The notes below the pieces were generated by a model, which saw only the letters and a program-made list of their open reading frames with translations, searched no databases and was not told the DNA's origin. Source: a virus. From it: 64,000 bases of DNA. A program made the position numbers and the translations under genes. The DNA is taken from the IMG/VR virus record IMGVR_UViG_3300020166_000010; one strand, written 5' to 3'. Shown here piece after piece: positions 28,287-36,610 of the stretch (position 1 is the first letter of the stretch; each line of letters opens with the position of its first letter).

Positions 28287-28352
28287 GAAAATAAATGCAT
28301 AAAAGTTTTTTTATCCCAATAAAAAGTGTTATATTTAATTATAATTAAAAAA
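28287..28352 (+). promoter_or_regulatory. Early promoter cassette without the operator
   Basis: AAAATAAATGCA.AAAAGTTTTTTTAT...GTGTTATATTTAATTATAATTAAAAA. Confidence 0.75.
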
Positions 28353-28361
28353 GCAATAGAC

Positions 28362-28694
28362 ATGAACAAATTAGAAACATTAGGATTAGTTGAAATAACT
28401 TCAAAAACTCAAAAGAAAAACGGTACAAGATGCTTTTACGATCCAATCGCTGATTGCGATTATCTAAGTTATGAAAGTGGATATGTTCGTAGAGCTTATA
28501 CTAAAGCTACTCACTACTCTTCTAGACTACACCGAACAATTTATCAATTAAACCTCAAGGGTCGTGGTTACTACAAAAGCCAATACAGCGATAAAATCTA
28601 CGAAACAACCGTTCGTTTAATGATTCCAAGTGAACAAGCTAGACTTGATCGACTTGCTAAGTGTGTTGTTATTTATAGAAAAAATAAACTTTAA
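28362..28694 (+). CDS. Hypothetical early protein (start corrected)
   Basis: ATG after the cassette. Confidence 0.65.
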   Translation: MNKLETLGLVEITSKTQKKNGTRCFYDPIADCDYLSYESGYVRRAYTKATHYSSRLHRTIYQLNLKGRGYYKSQYSDKIYETTVRLMIPSEQARLDRLAKCVVIYRKNKL

Positions 28695-28789
28695 TATGAT
28701 ACTTGAATGGATTATAGTAGGCTCTATTCTAATAGCATGGAATGCCTTTCTAATTATTAAAATGCGTAAAGAAGATAAATAGATTAACA

Positions 28790-30319
28790 ATGAATTTTAT
28801 AGAAGAGATCATCGAGAGTGGAGACACATCTAATTTAATGTTTAGATTTCCTCCAGAACCTAATGGACACCTACACTTAGGACATGCCAAAGCAATTTGT
28901 CTTAATTTTGATTTAGCACACAAATATAAAACAGGGTGCAATCTTAGATTTGACGATACTAATCCATTGGCAGAGTCTACTGTATTTGCAGATTCTATCA
29001 TGGAAGATGTTGCTTGGCTTGGATATAGACCTACCGAAGTCGAAGAAACTAGTAACTATTTTAAATTTATACAAAGATGTGCTAGTCAATTGATTATACA
29101 AGGTGATGCATACATGGATGATTCAACATCCGAAGAGATTGCTGAATTAAAAGGAGATCTTGAAAATCCAGGATCCGATTCGCCATATCGCAATAGAACG
29201 ATTGCAGAAAATTTAGAAGAATTTAGAAAGCTATGTGAAGGCAGTATCAAAACTGTTTTGAGAGCTAAAATCGACATGGCAGATCCTAATCTATTAATGA
29301 GAGATCCTGTTATCTATAGATCTATTGATGCCCCTCACCATAACACAGGCACGGACTTTAAAGCGTATCCTATGTATGATTTTGCACATCCTATTTCAGA
29401 TTGGAAAGAAGACATCACACATTCATTATGTACTTTAGAATTTGAAGCGCATCGACCTTTTTATAATTGGACTCTTGATAAATTATTCGATACTAGTGTC
29501 TTTGGTCCTAATCCTCGTCAAATTGAATTCTCAAGATTAAATGTACAAGGGTTTACTTTAAGTAAAAGATATTTAAAAGAACTTGTAGAAGAAGGAGTTG
29601 TTGATGGATGGGACGATCCTCGCATGCCAACATTGAAAGGATTAAAGCGTCGTGGATTTACTCCAGATGCTATTAGAAACTTTTGTGAAAAGGTTGGAAT
29701 CTCTAAAAGAGAATCTCAAATTGAGAGATCTTTATTAGATGGATGTTTACGTGATGATTTAAATAAGATTTCAGAACGCAGAATGGTAGTCAAAGATCCA
29801 ATTAAACTAACAATTGTTGGTGATTTTAAACCAGGATTTGCTGCTCTTGAAAATAATCCAGAATCATCTATAATATCAGCTCGTAAAGTAAATTACTCTG
29901 AACAATTCTGGATTGAACGAGAAGACTTTAGAGTAAGTGCCAATAAGAAATATAAAAGACTAAAACTCGGAGATAATGTTAGACTAAAGGGTGTTTGTAT
30001 TGTAAAGGCGGTTGATTACACTGAAATAGATGGTATAATCACTGAAGTGTTTTGTGAACATTATCCTGATAGTTTTTCAGGAATGAAAACAGATGTAAAA
30101 GCGAAAGGAACAATACATTGGGTAAATAGAGATGAAGCAGTTGAAATTAAATTAAACCACTTTGATGGATTAGATAAAGGAACAATTTCAGCGTTTGGAG
30201 AACCTTTATTGAGGCTAGAATACGAAAAACCAGTACAATTCGTTCGACATGGCTACTATATGAAAGATGGGGACAGTTGGAACCATTCAGTATCTTTAAA
30301 AAGTAGTTATAATGGGTGA
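28790..30319 (+). CDS. glnS: Glutaminyl-tRNA synthetase
   Basis: RFPPEPNGHLHLGHAKAI, LRFDDTNP, YPMYDFAH, THSLCTLEF, LSKR, GWDDPRMPT, KGTIHWV. Confidence 0.93.
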   Translation: MNFIEEIIESGDTSNLMFRFPPEPNGHLHLGHAKAICLNFDLAHKYKTGCNLRFDDTNPLAESTVFADSIMEDVAWLGYRPTEVEETSNYFKFIQRCASQLIIQGDAYMDDSTSEEIAELKGDLENPGSDSPYRNRTIAENLEEFRKLCEGSIKTVLRAKIDMADPNLLMRDPVIYRSIDAPHHNTGTDFKAYPMYDFAHPISDWKEDITHSLCTLEFEAHRPFYNWTLDKLFDTSVFGPNPRQIEFSRLNVQGFTLSKRYLKELVEEGVVDGWDDPRMPTLKGLKRRGFTPDAIRNFCEKVGISKRESQIERSLLDGCLRDDLNKISERRMVVKDPIKLTIVGDFKPGFAALENNPESSIISARKVNYSEQFWIEREDFRVSANKKYKRLKLGDNVRLKGVCIVKAVDYTEIDGIITEVFCEHYPDSFSGMKTDVKAKGTIHWVNRDEAVEIKLNHFDGLDKGTISAFGEPLLRLEYEKPVQFVRHGYYMKDGDSWNHSVSLKSSYNG

Positions 30320-30436
30320 TCCTTTAGATATATAAAGAAAACAGACAAAAAGCCATGATAATATTTTGCATTGTATTCTTAGCCGTTAGCTTCGTAATTG
30401 GAGTTAACATGCTATTAGAATCTAGAAATCGTAAGT

Positions 30437-30520
30437 AATTGTTAATAACTTTTTTAAAATAAGTGAGTCAGGATTTTCCTGGTTCACTTTTTTTGGTTAT
30501 ATTTATACTATAATTAAAAG
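30437..30520 (+). promoter_or_regulatory. Early promoter variant with AATTGTTAATAACTTTT box
   Basis: Matches 23554-23635. Confidence 0.6.
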
Positions 30521-30529
30521 ATAATTAAC

Positions 30530-30961
30530 ATGGCAATACCTAAAATTTACAAGTACGGAATCGAAATCACAAAGCCCTGGTCTTCTGAGATGTACGATTT
30601 TAACGAAAACATCAAAGAATACTATCAAGATCAAATCAAAGATCTGATAAACTCCCTCAAAACAACAGAAGATTGTAATTTTATCGCTGGAATAGTAAAT
30701 CCATACAGATATGGAATAGGAACTTCCGATGATATTGAGTACATGAAGTCAGATATGATTAAGAACATTGAGAATGCTGAAAGCCACTGGATGAAAGAGG
30801 TTATTGAAGAACTTTTGATCTTACAGAGAATTTACCCTATGATTTGTGAAGCTACTCCAGAAATGCCAGCAATTTCTCTATATGATTTAGGAATTCCAAT
30901 GAACATTATTGGGTTTGAAACTCGCGATGAGATCTTACTTTTGCGCGAAAGATATTCTTAA
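30530..30961 (+). CDS. Hypothetical early protein
   Basis: 143-aa ORF. Confidence 0.7.
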   Translation: MAIPKIYKYGIEITKPWSSEMYDFNENIKEYYQDQIKDLINSLKTTEDCNFIAGIVNPYRYGIGTSDDIEYMKSDMIKNIENAESHWMKEVIEELLILQRIYPMICEATPEMPAISLYDLGIPMNIIGFETRDEILLLRERYS

Positions 30962-30971
30962 AGCATTAATT

Positions 30972-31070
30972 CTTATTTATAATCATTATAAATAGGACCT
31001 CAACCCAAAATAAATGCACAAAAGTTTTTTTATATCAATAAAAAGTGTTATATTTAACTATAATTAAAAA
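30972..31070 (+). promoter_or_regulatory. Early promoter cassette with operator (30975-30993)
   Basis: Nearly identical to the reverse complement of 20990-21081. Confidence 0.8.
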
Positions 31071-31079
31071 ACAAACAAT

Positions 31080-31460
31080 ATGTCAATCAACACAGTTTTA
31101 GTTCACACACAGTACGAAGAGAATTACGGGTTTCATGAAGGTAACTTCCATTGGAAGCCTAAAGGCAGTCACACATTTCAGATCGAGATGGATGCAGATC
31201 ATATGTTTTATTCTGACCCTGCTAAAGTTTTCAGCAAGATGTTAGAGAAGCACAATTCAGATCTTGAAAGATTCACGTATGTCGATCATGATATTCAGTT
31301 TCATTCACCTACTATTCTTGGTAATCAAGATGATTATATTAAGGCTAATCAATCAATAACGGATCAAGAAGATATTCAAGATTTTGAAGAAGTTAATCAC
31401 GTTATTGCTGGTGTCGATTTCTCAGATAGTATTAATCAATTAAATAACCTTAAACTATAA
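31080..31460 (+). CDS. Hypothetical early protein
   Basis: TQYEENYG...HWKPKGS motif; 126 aa. Confidence 0.7.
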   Translation: MSINTVLVHTQYEENYGFHEGNFHWKPKGSHTFQIEMDADHMFYSDPAKVFSKMLEKHNSDLERFTYVDHDIQFHSPTILGNQDDYIKANQSITDQEDIQDFEEVNHVIAGVDFSDSINQLNNLKL

Positions 31461-31565
31461 ATTTATGAAAACTCCTAAACAATTAAGAGACAGTTATCGA
31501 ATGGTCGGATTCAGTATGGTCGGACTTGTAATTATTTTAATATCCCTAATAATTTTTGAAAATAT

Positions 31566-31790
31566 ATGTCAGTAGAAACTTTATATGCAATACCAAGTGT
31601 TAATTGCTTTATTAACGATGATTTGATTGTATATCCAATGAATGATCGAAGTGAACCAGATTTAAGCCAATGGAATGAGCTTGAAAATCTAACATCAGAA
31701 TTCGTTAATAAATTAAACACAGAAGACGATTCCCTTATCTCAGAACTAATATACTGGAAAGTTAGATTTTCAGAAAATATAAACAACTAA
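31566..31790 (+). CDS. Hypothetical acidic protein
   Basis: 74-aa ORF in run. Confidence 0.6.
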   Translation: MSVETLYAIPSVNCFINDDLIVYPMNDRSEPDLSQWNELENLTSEFVNKLNTEDDSLISELIYWKVRFSENINN

Positions 31791-31800
31791 AAAATAAAAA

Positions 31801-32022
31801 ATGAAAGTACCTAATTTTGAAATAGCATTATCTGAAACAGCAACTCTCGTAGAAATCGCTGGTTATATTTTCGATAATTATAATAATGATCCACAATTTA
31901 TTGCAGCACTCCGCGATGATAGCCAACCATGGCCAGATGGAGTACAAGAAGTCCTAGATGCTCACGATGTTTTAGTAGAAGAATTAATTGATTCGCTAGA
32001 ACTATACATCCAAACGTGCTAG
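31801..32022 (+). CDS. Hypothetical acidic protein
   Basis: 73-aa ORF; last gene of the plus-strand island. Confidence 0.6.
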   Translation: MKVPNFEIALSETATLVEIAGYIFDNYNNDPQFIAALRDDSQPWPDGVQEVLDAHDVLVEELIDSLELYIQTC

Positions 32023-32023
32023 A

Positions 32024-32458
32024 TTAATTACAAATTAATTTTACTCTATTCTCCGCGTCAATTTCCCACAATCTGGATTTATATGACGTGGAGAAGGGGT
32101 ATTTGGTACCTTTCCAAATAAAATATCCTTTCTCTGTCTTTAGATCTCCACTATAAATTTGATAAACGTGCACTAATTCGTGCATTAAGGTTTTTTCTAA
32201 TTGGTTGTCATCCCACATTGGGTTTAGATCAACTATAAACCAACCACTCGAAAGCTCTCGGGTGAGTCCTACAATCCTAGGATAAAGAGGTGCGTATTTT
32301 ATTATAACTACAGGTTGTGTGAAGAGAGGGCCCTTAAACATCTCACTACAAATCTGTGAAGTGGCGCTTGTAATGTGTTTTTCTAGTCCTGCATCTGGTT
32401 TTAAAATTTGTCCGCTAACTTGTAATGAAAAAAGAATTGCGATAATAAATCTCCACAT
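32024..32458 (-). CDS. Secreted zincin-like metallopeptidase
   Basis: Signal peptide; TLMHELVHVYQ (HExxH) and downstream WEIDA. Confidence 0.7.
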   Translation of the reverse strand: MWRFIIAILFSLQVSGQILKPDAGLEKHITSATSQICSEMFKGPLFTQPVVIIKYAPLYPRIVGLTRELSSGWFIVDLNPMWDDNQLEKTLMHELVHVYQIYSGDLKTEKGYFIWKGTKYPFSTSYKSRLWEIDAENRVKLICN

Positions 32459-32460
32459 GT

Positions 32461-32916
32461 TTATTTGTATATTTTTAATTTTTTTATCGAATATAATATA
32501 CTATGTGTTACGAAAAAGCCGACTGCAACTGTTTCAAACCAAAACAACGTGATCAATGGTATTAGAAAGGCAGCACTGACAACGGGGATCGCTAAATAAT
32601 TAAAACGCTTGTCCTTAAATATGGTATATGTTGTGTATAAGAAAAATAAGGCCGCAAATGTATTGTGAGTCCATTCGTAATCAAATGTATTAAACAAAGC
32701 AACACCAAATAAGAGAATACCTGAGATGATATTATCACTTATAATGTAACTTATGCCTATTAATAATAAACTAATCAATAAAATATAAGTTGCTTCTGAT
32801 TCATGGTATACGCTGTATGAATACTTTATAGTTCCAGTTTTAAGATATAAAGCAAGAGGTAAGAATAACGCTGCAGCGGAACAAATTAAGTTAATAAATA
32901 TACCTAGTCTTTTCAA
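32461..32916 (-). CDS. Multi-pass membrane protein
   Basis: Several hydrophobic segments. Confidence 0.65.
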   Translation of the reverse strand: MKRLGIFINLICSAAALFLPLALYLKTGTIKYSYSVYHESEATYILLISLLLIGISYIISDNIISGILLFGVALFNTFDYEWTHNTFAALFFLYTTYTIFKDKRFNYLAIPVVSAAFLIPLITLFWFETVAVGFFVTHSILYSIKKLKIYK

Positions 32917-32946
32917 TTTGATAATGTCTTTAGATATCTATCAAAA

Positions 32947-33780
32947 TTATATGTCTAGTTTTTCAGAATTACTTAATAAATTTTCAATCTCTTGATAAGT
33001 TTTATCAAAAGTATCAGTGTTTATGTAGTGGGCTCCTTTATTATTGTCTATATTATATTGACTATTTCTTTTGCCATACATAGAGTGTCTCTCTGTCACA
33101 TACTCACTCCCAATAAACTTGTAGTGTAATAGTTTTAATGGTTCTTTTTTAAAGATGTGTAGTAAGTCATGCATGATTTTCCACTTTCCCCATCTATGTC
33201 CTTTATATTCTCCTTCAGGCCTTACGCTCTCTGGGACGACATGATAAATATCACCATCATATTGACAGTTCAAATATACTTCATGTTGGCCTCCAGCCCA
33301 TTCAAATTCTTCTAATAAATTTGGATTAATTAATATCGGCTTAGAATACCAAGGGTTAGGTACTCCGGTTTTAATTGAATCATATATTTGTAGATCTTTA
33401 TTTGGAAACTCGTGACTAGCCATATCAAATCCTGCTGGATAAAATACTGCGGTTTTTCCTAAATGATCTTCTAAAAATTGTGTAAGATTTGGATGGTAAA
33501 TAAATTCATCACAATCGCCGATAATTACGTAATCACATTTACCAACGCAATGCGCAATTGCACCATGTTTAAGACTCATATGTTCCCCGTCATCAAAGGT
33601 TCCACCCGTGTTGAATGATATAATTTCAGTATTAGGATATGAGTTTATTATCTCCCTAGATCGGTCATCTGATTCGTTATCAAAGAATATCATCTTGTCA
33701 CAGAATTGAGAATAGTGCCTTAAATAAAATTCTAGCATTTTCTCTTCGTTCCATACTGTCGCGTAGCTCCAGATTTTCAT
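32947..33780 (-). CDS. GT-A glycosyltransferase (GT2-like)
   Basis: NEEKMLEFYLRHY, DNESDD, GDCDEF, LLHYK. Confidence 0.8.
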   Translation of the reverse strand: MKIWSYATVWNEEKMLEFYLRHYSQFCDKMIFFDNESDDRSREIINSYPNTEIISFNTGGTFDDGEHMSLKHGAIAHCVGKCDYVIIGDCDEFIYHPNLTQFLEDHLGKTAVFYPAGFDMASHEFPNKDLQIYDSIKTGVPNPWYSKPILINPNLLEEFEWAGGQHEVYLNCQYDGDIYHVVPESVRPEGEYKGHRWGKWKIMHDLLHIFKKEPLKLLHYKFIGSEYVTERHSMYGKRNSQYNIDNNKGAHYINTDTFDKTYQEIENLLSNSEKLDI

Positions 33781-33783
33781 AAA

Positions 33784-33954
33784 TTAAGTTTTTCTTAATA
33801 AGACTTCTATCATCTCATTATTAGATTGATATACTGCAAGATCTCTTATTCCTAAGGTTTCACCTTTTTTAATTCTATTTACAATATCTTTAATGACTGC
33901 ATATGAAACTTCACCAGTGTCGACATACTTTTTCCAATCTTTATCTGACATCAT
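33784..33954 (-). CDS. Small hypothetical protein (56 aa, MMSDKDWKKYVDTG...)
   Basis: Translated manually; fills the gap between genes. Confidence 0.5.
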   Translation of the reverse strand: MMSDKDWKKYVDTGEVSYAVIKDIVNRIKKGETLGIRDLAVYQSNNEMIEVLLRKT

Positions 33955-33959
33955 GCTTA

Positions 33960-35501
33960 TTATTTAGAAGAGGCCGCTATCCCAAGATTAGCATTAAATG
34001 GATTAGGTATAGATCCCTTTTGTTCAAATTCAAAGTTTGCTGATTTAAACGGAACAGCTTTAAAACTAAACTTACCCCTTTTAACATCAACTTGTAGATA
34101 TATTTGTTTAACGTCTGTCGCCATTTGTGAGAATTTAGTTAATTGTTCTCCATAAATTTCGTTTAACACATCTTTAATTTCAACTTGAAGACAGTAGAAT
34201 ATAATACCTATTTTGTTCTTTCCCATTTTTAGGTAACCATCAACATAAGTATCAAGGTTTTTGTATACCTTAGATCCGATTCCTGATTTTGTCCATGTCT
34301 CTTTTATAAATTCTTTAAATTTAATAGGATCTTCCTCGTACAAATTATCTAGATATGTAACTAGGGCATCTTGATTCATTTGCCCCGGTCCTAAACCAGT
34401 CTCTTTAGATATATGCCAATACGCTGAATTATCTCGGTCACTTATATTAACCGAACATAAATTCATTATATTATTATAAGTATTTGATCTAGATAACTTA
34501 GGTGGATTAATCCATTGATCTACTACGTTGTTAAAGAAATCATTTTCTTTTGTTCCAACTGGATTAATTATATTGTTCGTATGTAGTTCGTGTATTTTAT
34601 CGATCATTGTCTGACCACTAGGTGTACCTCCTTTTTTACCAGCTTTCGATGATATACTGTACCCATCAAAATAGAAATCTACCAGCTTTTCGTTAGAGTT
34701 TTGTGGATATGATACACCGTTTTTAAATTGCTTTAATATTTTAAACAATAAGAATCCTCCAAGAATTTCACCATAGTCATTTTGGAAATTATTGATAGAT
34801 AGCTGATCAATTCCATCAAATAATTCTTCAGATATTTTAAAGTCAATATTCGTAGAGGCGGAAGATGTATATGCTTCAAGATTATCAAAAATACCAATAT
34901 TATCTCCACTTTTAACTATTTCTTCTGTAGATTTTAAGATAAAATTAGTATAGTTTTCCGGTAAATTAAGTGCTTTTATTTTTGTAGAAACTATCGATAA
35001 TAAATGTTCGGGTGACTCATATACTTCCTTTGTAATTTTTAGCTTATCTGGTGTCAAATCTTTTTTACCTATAACAGAAGCCTCTCCTGTTTTCTTAGAT
35101 ATTTTAAATCTATTTGTAATTACAAAAAAGTCATTCTTCTTATATTCTTTACCTAATCTATCTGTTACTCTTTTTTTAATAATTATTTTATACGCACTAT
35201 AGTCCGATGAAATTATACCAACTGGCAAATATTCAATATCGTATGAATTCGGTTTAAGATCTCCTACTTTATCAAGAAATTCTATAATCTTAGATTCCGC
35301 AGCACCGTCATTAGATCCAAAATTACCTCTAAGTACTTCACCAGTATTTCCCTTTCTAGAAGATGCTTTAGCGAAATCATTAGATTTCATAAATGTTTTA
35401 AATCCTTCTAACCAGAATTCTTCTATTTTTCCTTTACCAGGTTGTTTAGCCTCATTTACTGCCATTTCAAACCTTGTTCTAATATCTCCGTATGTTCCCA
35501 T
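33960..35501 (-). CDS. Hypothetical protein, possible PD-(D/E)xK-like fold
   Basis: YGEILG...NEKLVDFYFDGYSISSK pattern. Confidence 0.6.
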   Translation of the reverse strand: MGTYGDIRTRFEMAVNEAKQPGKGKIEEFWLEGFKTFMKSNDFAKASSRKGNTGEVLRGNFGSNDGAAESKIIEFLDKVGDLKPNSYDIEYLPVGIISSDYSAYKIIIKKRVTDRLGKEYKKNDFFVITNRFKISKKTGEASVIGKKDLTPDKLKITKEVYESPEHLLSIVSTKIKALNLPENYTNFILKSTEEIVKSGDNIGIFDNLEAYTSSASTNIDFKISEELFDGIDQLSINNFQNDYGEILGGFLLFKILKQFKNGVSYPQNSNEKLVDFYFDGYSISSKAGKKGGTPSGQTMIDKIHELHTNNIINPVGTKENDFFNNVVDQWINPPKLSRSNTYNNIMNLCSVNISDRDNSAYWHISKETGLGPGQMNQDALVTYLDNLYEEDPIKFKEFIKETWTKSGIGSKVYKNLDTYVDGYLKMGKNKIGIIFYCLQVEIKDVLNEIYGEQLTKFSQMATDVKQIYLQVDVKRGKFSFKAVPFKSANFEFEQKGSIPNPFNANLGIAASSK

Positions 35502-35504
35502 AAT

Positions 35505-36062
35505 TTACTTTTTTGCTAGGTGTGTTTTAATCTTAACGTCTTTAAGTTCTCTATCTAATTCTTTAATTAGTTTTATGTTATGTTTATCATCATCGAAAAA
35601 AGTAATGTCAATATAACCCTGTTCTACAAAGTATCTCATTGCATCTTTCTTTCTCTCTTGTATAGTTCCTGTTAATCCGTGAATTGGATCGTTAACTGCC
35701 CAAATGAATTCTCTTTTAATATGAAATCCAACATGATAACGTAACCATTCATATATCATATTCTGGTCGTCTCTTGCTGTGATGACTCCGATTGCTATTC
35801 CCTTTTTATAATTCTTTTTCAGAACATTAAAGTATTTATCAATCATCTTACCTGCTTTCATAATCTCCAAAGATTTGAATTGCTCAAAATCTAGTACGTG
35901 ATTAGGATTCTTTTCGTAATCGTTAAATTCCTCAGGAGTCAATTCATATCGCTCTCCTTTCTTTTTATCGTATACTATAATCTTAGCGGCTGAAACCACA
36001 ATAGTATCATCTAGATCAAAGATCAAGATTTTATCAGTTGTCATTTTTTCATTAATCATCAT
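35505..36062 (-). CDS. HAD-superfamily phosphatase
   Basis: FDLDDT, ITAR, RKK, FFDDD. Confidence 0.8.
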   Translation of the reverse strand: MMINEKMTTDKILIFDLDDTIVVSAAKIIVYDKKKGERYELTPEEFNDYEKNPNHVLDFEQFKSLEIMKAGKMIDKYFNVLKKNYKKGIAIGVITARDDQNMIYEWLRYHVGFHIKREFIWAVNDPIHGLTGTIQERKKDAMRYFVEQGYIDITFFDDDKHNIKLIKELDRELKDVKIKTHLAKK

Positions 36063-36089
36063 GTATTATATAACTTTGTTTTAAAAAGT

Positions 36090-36566
36090 TTATGTTGGAG
36101 TTATTACAGGTCCTCCTTTAGATCCACCGCCACATAGTCCTGTTATTGTCGGGAATATAGATGGATCACTAACAACAGCTGTCGCCATGATCTCATAACA
36201 TTGAAAATCGTTACTTATATTTACAATCTGGTTAACGGCAAAACTAGAATTCAATTGAGCGTATGTGCTAAATCCATCACTAGTTCTTTCAATTGTAAAC
36301 GCATTATCAACGGTTGGTCCACCGCCTGAAATAGAACAAGGTCCTTGTAGGGATGCAGTCATAAAATAGTCTCCAAATGTCCATGAATTATTTATTACAC
36401 ATAGCTGTAAAGAGTTTTGATTAACTCCTAGTGTTAATGTTCCGTTTTTCGTGCTACCACACAGCTTGTAAGTTATTGATCCTCCATTAGGTCCTCCATT
36501 AAATACCACACTGACACATGCTGAGCCTGTTAAATCTTCCTGTAAATGGCCAAATACTGTTATCAT
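36090..36566 (-). CDS. Cys-containing hypothetical, likely fibre-associated
   Basis: Directly downstream of the collagen gene; beta-rich, Gly/Ser/Thr-rich. Confidence 0.6.
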   Translation of the reverse strand: MITVFGHLQEDLTGSACVSVVFNGGPNGGSITYKLCGSTKNGTLTLGVNQNSLQLCVINNSWTFGDYFMTASLQGPCSISGGGPTVDNAFTIERTSDGFSTYAQLNSSFAVNQIVNISNDFQCYEIMATAVVSDPSIFPTITGLCGGGSKGGPVITPT

Positions 36567-36610
36567 AATATCTTTTTAATTTTATATTTTAAAATATATC
36601 TACCACTAAA

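Noticed and set aside
21585-28361. ORF-track starts MLYL.II.. at 21585, 23134 and 28326 as a shared leader peptide
   Set aside because: They come from a GTG inside the promoter cassette; true ATGs are at 21621, 23170 and 28362
20990-31070. Repeated cassette as a CRISPR array or mobile-element ends
   Set aside because: Copies are separated by whole genes and always sit directly upstream of start codons; no cas or transposase
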